Source: Lingula anatina (taxonomy: Eukaryota > Animalia > Brachiopoda). Taken from it: a DNA stretch of 64,000 bases. Below, in pieces: positions 12,119 to 24,700 of the stretch (position 1 is its first letter; each line of letters begins with the position of its first letter). The notes beneath the pieces were generated by a model. It did not search any database and had not been told where the DNA came from. It saw only the letters and a program-made list of their open reading frames with translations. The stretch covers positions 19,716,001 through 19,780,000 of the forward strand of contig CM120640.1 of the NCBI GenBank assembly GCA_051362555.1, written 5' to 3'. A program made the translations under genes and the position numbers.

Positions 12119-14209
12119 TAGAAAAATACATTAAGATTCGTTTGCCCTGTTGTGATTTATGTTGGTATGTATGCAAGACAAATTTAACATAATGCTATCG
12201 AAAATAGCCGCCAAAATTGTTTCGTTCTTAGCGTTTGGTATGTAGGAAAATATTAAATATATTTTAAGTCGAGGAAGCAAGACGGGTTAAAGTGAGTTCC
12301 GACGCAAACCAAGGAGTTATAACTCCTTGCTCAAACCTAGCTTCAACCAGAATCGGCGGGGCTGCTTTGCTGGCAGTAAACTGGTTGTAAGAGCCAAAGG
12401 AAGCACATGTCAGTAGTTTGGCAAGTAAGAGGAAATTAGACATTCAGCATGAAGAATGTTACTTCCAGGCTGAGATTTTAATACGGCCACTCAACTGTGT
12501 CATACAGGTAAAACTTACATAAAAGTGCGCTCAGGTCAAGTCAGGGGAAGGAGGGGCGGGTGGAATATGTGAATTGGACTCCCTTATGAAGCTTTGGGAA
12601 GTTATGCAGTAATTGGCGACAAAATGTTTAAGTAGGCCTAGACCACGTGTCAAAAAACGTAAGGGGAAAAAAGGCTGGATCAAACTGTTCAACAGGTTCC
12701 GTATATAGTCTATATAGTTTTTGTTGTTATCTACAGTAAATAGTGAAACGAAATGTCTTGTGTAAAATATATAACACTAGGTTTTCTGTATTCCTCTCAA
12801 CGGCAGGAAGTTTAAACTGGTGCATTCGGCGAGGGTCCTTTCACAGCTGGATTGGTAAAGGGCCCTCAGATTTAAAAGAGCAACTTGGCACTCTGAGTTT
12901 AAGAGGAGTGTGAAAAAATAATTCTCCTCTCCACTATCACCAGGCCTGTCCAGTTTTAAATTACTGTTCAAGTTGACACCTCTTATAGCTTGATTTAGAC
13001 TGCCTTTTCAGCCAGTATTATATCTGAAAACAGCGTATGCATGCTGATAAAGCAAAACTGAATTTCCTGGGAAATTCAGGGTGATCTCTGCAATCAGCGA
13101 TGATAATTAAGAAATTAAAGGAGCGTAGTTTGACCACGCCGGTGCCAAGCACCTATCGAGTCACATATTTTATACAGTACTACCCCATCTCCATCTTAAG
13201 ATAGATATGTTGTTTGTGTCATATATATATGTTGTTTGTGTCATATATTGAAGATTTGTCTGCCGATCTGTAAATGCCAGTCTACTTTTCAAGGTCAATG
13301 AAGCACAGATAAGCTTTCTTGATTTGTTGTTTTTATCAGTAAATTAAGTCTGCTGTGTATATTACTGCAAGTGGAAGCCAATATATGTATCACTGTATTA
13401 ATAATGCTTTTGCGTCAATGCAGGGCATCAACGAATTCAATATTAACATCGTTCAAAACCATGTGGTTTGTTCTGTTTAATATATAAACAGCTTGAACAT
13501 TTTCATATCTGATAACAACACATCCGCACATGGTTAGTAAAGATAAATTCAAATTATCTATATTCATATTATCGAAATCTGTTATTAATTAAGTGAAAAG
13601 CGGTAATAATAAATAGCTAGCAGCGCTTGAACCAATTGGATGTTGAAACCTGATAGCCTGACTTAGGGTGTATTTCCAGTCAGGCTGGGTCATCCTGTCT
13701 TTGTTTTGCAATCAAAGTAGACAGTATGACAACAACTTATAACCATAGGTGTACAATGTAGCGTCTCTTATGTCCCACTCATGGCCATTGTATTTGTTTA
13801 TGATTATATTGGCTTCCTATGGTAAGAAATTTTAATCCCTTGGGTTGCTGAGATAGCATACACTAAGTTAGGTCGACCCATTTTGACTGGAAATTAGCCT
13901 TCTGTAACCTTGTCTGCCAATGTGTCATAAGACTTCATGATATCCCCATGTTCCTATCTGCTTCCCTGTCCCGTCAGTTAAAGAGTACACAAGGTAGGTG
14001 CATGACAGCTTATCGAACTTTTAGTTTCCTTTCCAACTTTTTTTTTGTATATTTATCATTGATATTTTCATGCCATTTGCGATATGGTGCTTTTTTATGT
14101 TGACTGTCCAAAGTCTTAAAAAGTATTTAAATAATAGCATTTATTCACTTTATTAAAGCCAAGTAGATATTACAACTGATTGGATTTCAATAATTTTTGT
14201 AGCTTTTAG

Positions 14210-17200
14210 ATGAAGATGCAGGGGCAAACACTTTCCTTTCTGTTTGTGTTCCACATGGGACTAGTGATTTGTGCCAGTGGAGGTTTCGTTTTTCGTGAGT
14301 TAGAAGAAATTTGGAAACAAAATCAAGTAGCAGTGCATGTTGACCCAGAAGTCAATATGGATGCAGTAAGTTGTTTCATTTGGCATATGTAGTCTGGGAA
14401 AATTTTGTAATCATTTTTATTTATCAAATATCAGAAATTAGCACTTAACAGATATTTTTGAAGTTTGAATTTTTGTGTTAATTATATAATAATGAATTTA
14501 ACCTAAAAATTAAAATTCATACTTATAAGTTTTTTAAGAACCAGAAAGTGTTTTATGGCACTAGGAATTATTATAGCATTATCGTATTTGTTATTTTTTA
14601 TAAGATTTTATAACAACAGATTTTAAACATTGCTGCTTAAAAGTTTCTTTTAATTTTTTATTAATTTTCAATTTCCTTGTCTGTTGATGTCAACAGTGTT
14701 TACACAGAAGGGATTTTTTTATATGAATGGTTCAAAGTTCACTTGTGTTCTCAAATGTTATCTCTGATTTTTTTTATGTGTTTGTCTCTTTTTCAAAATT
14801 TATCAGTAGACTATTTAAGTGTTATGTAGGTTGTTCTGAAGGAATATTATGCACTGTGGATATTATACAGATTGATGTCTATATCCTGTTATTTAATCTG
14901 CCTAAAAGTTGGTGCAGGTGATGACTTGCCAAAACTGCACTGCTGATAGGCCATGTGACATATACTTCAACCACATCAGCATTAGTGCTGCCACTTATTA
15001 GTGACTGGACTCAAACACTGTACAGCACTAACACTTTTGCCTGATAAAAGAATATAGTTGAATTAGCCCTCAAGCTCCAACATTTGGCTATGTGTCAGTA
15101 ATTATATATGACATTGCCAAAAAAGGTAATTAGAAAAAAATCAGGTGAATGACTTAATGCTATAAAGCCCCATGTACTAACTTATTTCAGGAAGAACTTA
15201 TCACCAGCAAAGGCTATCCATGTGAGACCCACACAGTGACCACTGCTGATGGATTTATTCTGACCATTCACAGAATTCCACATGGTTTAAAGAAGAGACA
15301 GAAAGCTGGGCCCAGACCACCTGTATTCCTACAGCATGGCTTGGTGGCCTCCTCCACACAGTGGCTGACTAACTTAAGAAATGAAAGCTTAGGTGACTGT
15401 AGTTACATATTCCAGATGCCTCATTTATTCCAATTCCAAGCAGTTTTAAAAAAAGGCTCCTGATATTTAATTAGCTAATTAATTTATTTGACAACACTAT
15501 CGCAAATAAATATTCAGAATTAAAAGAGGTTTTATAATTATTCTTTATATTTACATTTTATTAAAAAGCGAAATGTTTATATAAAGAATAATTAGCAAAA
15601 CAACTGTTTTGGAAATTTGTAATCAATTTCATTTCAATGAGAATTTATAATATGCTTGTTATTTCCTTCCTTTGTTTTTATAAGTTCAGTATATTAATCA
15701 TTATCTTGCTAAAATTTCAAAATGAATTATATTAGCAATTTTCGGGTAACAAAAAATTGTCTTACTTTGATATATTTTTTCAATGTGTTTCATAATAAGA
15801 CAAGCCTTTTGATATTTTTAGAAATATTTATGTGAGTAATTTGATTAACATTTAAAATTAAATCTGTATCAAACTGTTGGAATTTATTTTAGTTGCATTA
15901 TATTGTGCAGGGTATCTTCTGGCCGATGCAGGCTTTGATGTATGGATGGGTAACGTAAGAGGCAATACATACTCAAGCAAACATAAAAAATATGATCCCA
16001 AATCTGAGGAGTTCTGGGACTGGAGGTATTTATATTATGTTATCAAGCATGTAGATATTCCATGAAATATATTTTCCAATCAGAGAGTTGATTTATTGAA
16101 TGTTTGTACACTTTAAACTGCTCTCTCTCACTTTCTCTCTCTCTCTCTCTCTCATATGGAAGATGGATTGATTAATGCCAAGTATCCAACAGTGGCGTAT
16201 GTGGTATTATACCACTTCATTATGCTATATGTGATGGGTATGATAAAAAATAATTGGCTATCATTTTAATTTTCTGAACATCATTTTAAAACTCAGAATA
16301 GCTAAGACAATAAGCCATTTACAAAATATGCAACACTATTTTCTGGTTGTGATTTTCTAGCTGGGATGAAATGGCCAAGTATGATTTACCAGCCATGATT
16401 GACTACACACTGAAGGTTACAGGAGTCAGTCAAATTCACTATGTTGGTCACTCCCAGGGAACTCTGATTATGTTTGCACACACCTCACAGAACCCTGACT
16501 TTGCCAAGAAGGTAATTTAAGATAAAATAGTATTTTAAAAAAATATTTATGATTCATTGACATTTTAAGCTTCAGCTTCAGCTTTGATTATTATGTACTA
16601 CGAGTTAGGACTGACTAAATTTGATAAAAAGTATGCTGTTGGTGAATATACAGTATTCCATTGTGGCCAACAGCAATTAAATTTTATGTATGGTCCATAA
16701 TCTTGACCGACTATTATTACTTTGACTAATATAAGGTGATAACTGTTGTTATTTATGTTTCAGTTTAAGTCATTCATTGCTATGGGCCCTGTGGCCACCA
16801 TTGCACATGCAAAAGGACCCTTACTTCTGTTATCTGACTTCTCGGATAAGGTTTGTAAAAAAGCAGACCATCGTTATTTAAAATCTAACCCAAGCCTTTT
16901 TATCCTTTTCTTGCTTTTTTAAATCTTAAATTCTTGTTCCTGTTAACTTCTTTTTTTATTTCTGTTTTTACCACTTACTCTCTCTTCATCTGTTATATCT
17001 CTTCCTCATCCTTTATCAGATCTCTTAAGGACCATTTCCAGACCCTTTTGTACTAACTGCGGATTATTCTATCTTTGTGGGGATTCTCACTAAATTGTAA
17101 TCAGCTTTAGCGGCTTAGATGTCTGTCACCCCTACTGAAGCTGCTAGGGGACAAAATTAATTATCGTTTAGCAGCTTCAGTATGCATGTCAGACATCTCA

Positions 17201-19897
17201 GCTGTTTAAGCTGAAAGCAATTTAACGAGAAATCCCTTGGAGATGGATCGATCCTAGCTGTTAGATCCATCTAGGTATGGGAACCCAGTCTTAAACAATC
17301 AGTCACAGAATTGACACAACAAAATGTTAAAATCTAACTTCAACTGTATCATCACATCTGTTTTGAATGATTTTTTAAATCAGGGTAGTATTATTCTGTG
17401 TAAAGTTTAAAACCTTGTTTATGGTTACCCTCTACCAGGCTGACATACTGATTTTTCACAGATATTCACAGATATGTCTCTAGATAAATAGTCATTTGGC
17501 TCTGTGTGTTTTTCCGTTTTTCCGGATATAATCTGCCACCCTGGTAGAGGGTAGTTTAGGGTTAAGCCCATTGTCCACAAAAAGATATCATAGGAATATT
17601 TCAATGAAAGAAATTGAAACTGAGGGTTAAAAACCTTGATAAAAGAATTACAACCGCATAAAATTTTCTTGCAGTGGAAAATTAGGATGGTATTTAATCA
17701 TACATTTTCCCTTTTATTGAAAAGTTAAAAAAACCCACTATTTTAATGGTATAAGAAAATTGTAAATGACACTAGGAAAAGTCCACCTGGGTTTTTCAAT
17801 AAATAAAATATTTCTTATTTTCTTTTGAACAGGACATTTTTGACCTTTTTGGAAGGAAGGATTTTGCACCCAATAGTAAGCTGATGGACTGGATTTCCAA
17901 AGAAGTTTGTGGTCATAAAGATATCAATATTCTCTGTTCCAATATATTATTTCTGCTTTGTGGATTTGATTCAAAACAATTCAATGTGGTGAGTTTCATG
18001 AAAAAATATTCCAAAATTTCAGTAAAAAATGCAATCATGATGAAAGTCCCAGAGAAATTGCCAATTTATTAAGATACATTTATAATCTGAGCTGAAACAA
18101 CAAGTGAAATGCATTATACATTTTTGGACCGTTAAACATTGTATTCGGAATTTACTTTATTAGTGTTTTGAAGACTGTATAAATGCATGCAATTGTGTGT
18201 AGTAAGAAGAGGCTTTATTCAAGGGAGTTGAACTTCCAAGACAAAGTACCTTGAGTTCATTGATAGCCCTCACATTTTGTCTTTTTCACACAAGTACACT
18301 TAGAATAATATGTGAACTGAGTAACTACAAACCTTGGCTTTTCAAAATAAAGCACTGATGCTGAGCTTAATTGTGCCCTGATTTCAATGCACATTAAAAT
18401 TGGCCAGGAGTGCAACCCCCTTGTTATTGTAGACAACTTTACCAATGAGGTAATAATTTAGTACATTTGGATATATACAGTGTACACTATCTACTTTTTA
18501 AATGCAATCAGGGCTTCAGTGCTGATTTTAAAACACAGGTACAAATGACTTAAGCATAGGATGATTAAAATTATTTCATATTTCATGTCATTTTATAGTC
18601 CAGAACTCCAGTCTACTTTTCTCACGTGCCAGCAGGAACATCTGTGAAGAACATGGTGCATTATGCCCAAGTAGGTATTGTATTAGACTTGGTATTCATA
18701 ACAGCTTTGGTTTTTTGTCTTGAGATGGAATCAGGTAAAATGATAACATTATTATTGTGATTAAGTAACATATACTATATGAATATGGATATGGAAAAAT
18801 CTTATGTGCATAGGGGCAGCCTATGTGGTAGTACATTACAACTTCTTGCTTTAAAGAAAAGGATTGAAAACGGCCCCAAAAAGTTAGTTTTCTTGTAGTA
18901 TTTTAACCAATAATTTACTGCCATGTGATTAGACATTTTAGCTATGGTGCCTCCATTTTAGATGGCGAGATCAGGCAAGTTCCAGATGTTTGACTTTGGC
19001 TCTGCAGCAGCAAACAAGGAACATTACAATCAGGTAAACTAGAAAAGTCCAGAAGTGTTTCAGCCCCCAAAAAAGTATCTCCATGGGATTTACCTGCCAA
19101 AATGAGTTTTTCTCGAGAAATGGGTAATTTGTCCTACTCATAAACCATTACTCAACCTGCCCCTGCACTTGGATTTCATTCATTATTACATTTTAAATTT
19201 ATAATTCAGTTCTAAATGACTGGCAATTCTAAATGTTATTTCAATTCAGCAACTTTAGTTTGTTTCAAGTCTTCAGCCCCCCAATATGACCCTGCAAAAG
19301 CACAGGCTCCCACATACTTGTATTATGGGCAGAATGACTGGCTAGCTGACCCACAGGTAGGCAATGGCTCTCTTTTTCACATACTTCTGATGTGCAAATA
19401 TCTCAGCTTGAAGCCAATTGTTATCATTTTGTGATAGTTCAATCACTGTTACTGCTCTTGTCTATCTTATCTCACTTAATGTACACATTCATGCAAGTTC
19501 TTCCAATTTGGAGGTCTCTAGCAATTTCTCTGATCAGGCAAACTTCTATGTTATCGGTATGATAGTAGGAAAAGATAAATTTTGTCTTGCAAAATATTGA
19601 AGTTGAGTGGATCTGAAAGAATTTCACTTTCGTTTTTTCTATCCAATTACATAACTGTACTTATGTGGCGATAGGTAGGGGGTTTTGGAGTTTGCGTACA
19701 AAAATAGTCCCAACATGTTGCAAATTTTGAACATCTCTGTCCATTTGCAGGATGTACAGGACACTCTTGTGCCTTTCCTGCCAAACATCAAGGTATCGCA
19801 AGAAATTCCCCAATGGGAGCACATGGACTTCATCTGGGCAATGGACGCCCCCAGTGTGCTGTATGATAAACTCATAGGTATCATGAAGCAAAACTAG
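14210..19897 (+). CDS. LIPA: Lysosomal acid lipase / gastric lipase family protein, copy 2 (414 aa, signal peptide)
   Basis: Exons 14210-14365, 15191-15392, 15911-16025, 16361-16511, 16764-16850, 17833-17988, 18599-18670, 18962-19033, 19270-19356, 19751-19897 (1245 nt). Motifs [42 protein letters not shown]. Same intron positions as copy 1. Symbol is family-level. Confidence 0.93.
16121..16153. repeat. (CT)n microsatellite
   Basis: Interrupted ctctct run in lipase 2 intron 3. Confidence 0.8.
17029..17290. mobile_element. TTAA-flanked hairpin MITE, copy 1
   Basis: TTAA at 17025-28 and 17291-94; imperfect palindrome (cttagatgtctg..ctactgaagctgcta / tagcagcttcagta..cagacatct); homologous to 35695-35956. 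Confidence 0.7.
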
Positions 19898-21773
19898 CAG
19901 ACAGGGTACAAGAGGCAAGTGGCAATCACAAAATGTTGCCTCTGTTGACAAATCTGCAAGTATCCTGACTATTCAAAGATGACAACTTGAGCATGAAAAA
20001 TTTTTGGGCCAATGATTCATTTTAACAGAAAACTGAAAGGAGTAAGCTCAAACTGCTTTATGTCACAATAAAAATGGATGACTTTTCAACTGCACTAATC
20101 ACATTTGCTTCAAGGTAATAACCTCATGGCAATCAATGTAATCCTTTCGTTGATATGGTTTGTGTGAAAAAAAGCCAGGTTCTAATACATCAAATTATTT
20201 TTTTGAGTTTTAGTTGGTGCATTTCACATTTCTTTTTTGCCTTCATCATATTTGACAGATTTCTGAGAAAGTGTATGTGTTCATACTCATCTATTCACCA
20301 TTTGTTTAACTCAAAACACTTCAAAAATCACAAAAACACCATGTTTGCATGAACAACTGCAGTTTCTATTGCCATTTATTACCAATAAACAGCATCCACT
20401 TTTTTCAATCATGACAGCAAAAATAGACAACTTTGATGATGGCCTGTCATGTCTCTGGCGGACCAGGAAGTAGTAATAGTACATTTGGCCTTTTTTAAAC
20501 TCGGCCTGTAACACACAAAACTATCAAGCGTAATATGTATGCCTCAACTGACCCAATGATATACAGCAAACATCAAATCCAGTCTGTACCCATGTCAAAT
20601 CACATGATGTGAAGCTTTTGTACTCTGAATAAATCTTTTTTTTTCTCTTACTTCCAACTTTCCAATTTGCCCTGGTCATAATGGGGTTTCATGCCCAGTT
20701 CTTTCCCTTCATTCCAAACAAAAATTGACAAAGGGAATAAATTGAAAATCAGAACTTCAATTGAATTAAATGGAAGAGAAAAATCTCCTGGATTTAGTCA
20801 AATTTCAACTTAAATTTTGAAAATCAGAACAAATACACAGCTAAATTATCAGGTAGATTTACTATAAGCACTGCACCATTCAGAATTTGGAATAAAAGCA
20901 GTTTGTTTTTTCTTCATTAAAGTACTTAAGGGTTAGTCTGTAGTCTTAAAAGTTTACTTATACTCATAATGACCTACAGTAGTACCCACAACACCCAATG
21001 AGCACTCTTCTTATTTGACTTATTTAAGTGCTGCTATTCAGTCAAGATCCATCCTTTGTAACATAAGAATTAAATTACAGAGAAAAAGTTTTAACCAATA
21101 CAACAGCTAACCACAATCCAAGGTATTACTTCTACAACAATACTACAAACAACAAAAGAAAAGGTTAAACAACAAATAACATGAACTGTAAATAAATTAT
21201 ATTGACAAAGTACAGTTATATGAAATATAAATGAAAGATCCTTCAGTGCTGTTTGAATTGTGTATCACTAACTGTAGGACTGAACTGCAAGCTATTTTCA
21301 AAAACTTGTGAATTTTCCAAAACAGACAAGTGATTTGGAATAAAATTTGAACTCTTAACCTTAACGCAGTGGTGATTTTAATTCTAAGACCATTTTTCAC
21401 AAGGACAGTTGTGGTGATATGGCATGGGTACAGACAACCAGAGCTGACATAAGCTGAATACATCAAAAACTTATCATGGCATAATCTAATACTTGACAAC
21501 CTATAATACCATAGCAATAGTATCTTACTATTTTTCATTTCCTTGATGTTACTAGCACCCTCCCTCTTTCCATTATTTTAAACAAAAATAATGACTAATC
21601 AAGAAGACGAGGAGATCCAATGGAATAAAAAATAAAAAAAAAAAAAATTAAAAAAATTATCAGAAACAAATACCAAAGTCTGGTACTGTTTAGAAAACAA
21701 AATTTTATCATTGAGACCATCCTGTTTTCTTCAGATCAGATTCCAATGTTCCAATTTCGGAGCAGACGACATT

Positions 21774-24700
21774 TCATTTACTGACAGGTGTGAATTCTGG
21801 GGTGCTGACAGGAGTGTAGTCAGCAGCGTGGGGGTTCAGGCTGGACTTGTTGGCAAGATGGCGCTCACCGCCTGTGAAGTCACCGCCGCCCCCTGCAAAA
21901 TAATTTGCTTCAGATCTCGCTGGAATCGAGCCGTTGGAGTATGTGGAGGGGATGAGAGCCATGACTTCTGCAATGCGGGACTTAAGCTCTTTGATGTCAC
22001 GCTCCTTTTGGTTGATGTACTCTGAAAAATAGCAGACATTTTCGTGAATAATATTGTATGAATTAACTTCTTACCATTTTAAATACTCAGGCATTAAATA
22101 TCTTAAAAGCACCCAACTCATTTATAATGCATAAAAGAACAGTTAAATATTTATTATAGAAAGTGAGTAGCAACTTGAAGAAAAAAGCCCTTAAAAAGTT
22201 CTTTACACCAAAGAGGCAAACTATGCCGACTCTGCTTTCACATACCTCTCTGAATTTCCACCTCACGTTTAGTTTCTCCAAGGGCAGAGAAAAGGTCCAT
22301 TTTCAACTTTGTCTCTGCACTCAAGCTGCCTTCCAGATGAGAGTTCTTGTCCTGCATGGCTGCGAGTGCAGACATCAAGACTTCTGTCTCATTCTGAACA
22401 TCTTTGTATTGGCGGAGGGACTGAAAAGAAAATACATAACATAACAAGGCAGCAAAGCTGTCAAATGTACAGACAAAAAACAGGAAATAACTATGCACAA
22501 AATAGGCTACTGTCAATTCTGATGCAAAAGTACATTATGTTAAACTGCAAATTCAACATCAAATTTTAATTATCCTCAACAGGTAATACCAATGTAATTA
22601 AAATATGTGACAAGTTTACACTTTGAAAATGTATAACTTCCAGAAAAAGAAGTCACTTAGACTGCTTTTCCAACTCAGACTGCATTTTAGTCCTGTATTT
22701 CTTTTTTGAAAGTTTGGCAATCATAAGTAACATGGTTTTCCCATAATGGTCATCATGGCAGCAGCACCCAAAATTGTGTTTTCTTCTATTCTGATGCAAT
22801 ATTACATAATGGTTAACAGCATAATGACCGTCAATTTTTAATAATAAAATATACGTATCATGGATTTTCAGAAAATGTGACTAGCATGGGTCTTCAAGCC
22901 CGTGGAACTTCAAAGTCACACCTTGAAAATGCCAATATGTGAAAAATGAAATTTTCACAAAATAACTGTTTAACTGGCAGTAAGAATTACTAAACAGACT
23001 GTATTTCCTACTGAAGCTGTATTTTAGTCCCATGTTTCTTTCCTGTAAGTTTGAGAACAGTAAATGACATGGTTTTTCTTAAATGGTCATCATGGGAGCT
23101 GTGCCCAAAATAGTTTTTTTTTTTAAATTTTGATGCAATATTACATAATGTTTAACAGCATAATGACCATCAACTTTAATAATAAAATATTAGTATTATG
23201 GATATTCAGAAAATGTGACTAGCAAAGGTCTTCAGGCTCATGGAACTTCAAAGTCACAACTTGAAAATGCCAAAATGTAAACGAGACAGCACTGTTCTGA
23301 AATGTATTTTTTTTCCATTTTTAACAATTTTTAACATAAAACAAAATTAACAGTTTTCTGCCGTTTTTATATTATCAACTAAGAATATTGATGAGATGGG
23401 AAAAATATCAACAGAGCAGTGTTAAATGTCCAATCTCTTCCATTCTGAGATTCTGAACATAGTGAATGATTGAATCTGACAAACTGCAATGATATGAGTT
23501 TATTTCCATTTTTGAAACTTTATTACACAATACATGATAACAAGTTTACTATCATTTTTACATAATCAACTAATAATGTTGTAAAATTGCAGGAAATGCC
23601 AAACAAACACTTTTACGTATCTTATTAGTTCAATAATGAAACTGTTTACATGCCTAAGAATTAAATCTGAGGAAATGTGAAAAAACTGCATTTCTTTAAA
23701 ATAATGGCCCGATTATGCTGATTTTTGAACTCAACCTGCGCTTTAGCAGGAATGAGTTTAATGACAATTGGCCTATCTGTTTTTCTTATATTGTGTTTAC
23801 AGTGTTGCATATATGCTGAAAAGTGAAAATAAAAGCATAACTACTAAAATAGTGGCCCGATCATGCCGGTTTTCGAACTTGACCTGCGTTATAGTAAGAT
23901 CGATTACTCCTGTGAGTTTCATGACAAAAAGCTTATCGGTTTTCCTTGAAATGTGTTAACAGTGTTGCATATATGCTGAAAAGTGAAAAAACAGCATAAC
24001 TTCTACATTAATGGCCCGATCATGCCGATTTTCGAACTTGACCTGCATTTTATGAATATTCATCAGCTCTGTAAATATACAGCCAAAAAGTAAAACTGCC
24101 TTCCACTTATCATGTTTACAATGAAAGTGCATGGCGCCGGCGACAGTGACAGTGATGGCAACGACAGACGCAGGTGATGGCAATATGTACAGACACATCT
24201 GTACATATTAACTGTACTGTTTGAGAACAGTAAGTGACATGGTTTTTCTTAAATGGTCATCATGGGAGCAGTGCCCAAAATAGGTTTTTTTCAAATTTTG
24301 ATGCAATATTACATAATGTTTAACAGCATAATGATCATCAATTTTTAATAATAAAATATTAGTATCATGGACAAATAGTAAACATGACTAACAAATGTTT
24401 TTAGGCCGATGGAACTTCAAAGTCACGCCTTAAAAATGCCAAAATGTAAACAAGACTGCACTGTTCTGAAATGGGTTTATTTCCATTTTTAACACTTTTT
24501 TAACATAAAACAAAATTAATAGGTTACTGCCATTTTTATAAGATCAACTAAGAAAATTGATGAGATGTGAAGAATATCAATAGAACAGTGTTAAATGTCC
24601 AATTTCTTCCATTCTGAGATTCTGAACATAGTGAATGATTGAATCTGACAAACTGCAATGATATGAGTTTATTTCCATTTTTGACACTTTATTACACAAT

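Noticed and set aside
10985-12192. Twin ORFs MRDKRDMGRV... on opposite strands
   Set aside because: Artefact of the inverted arms; non-ATG starts and no protein motif.
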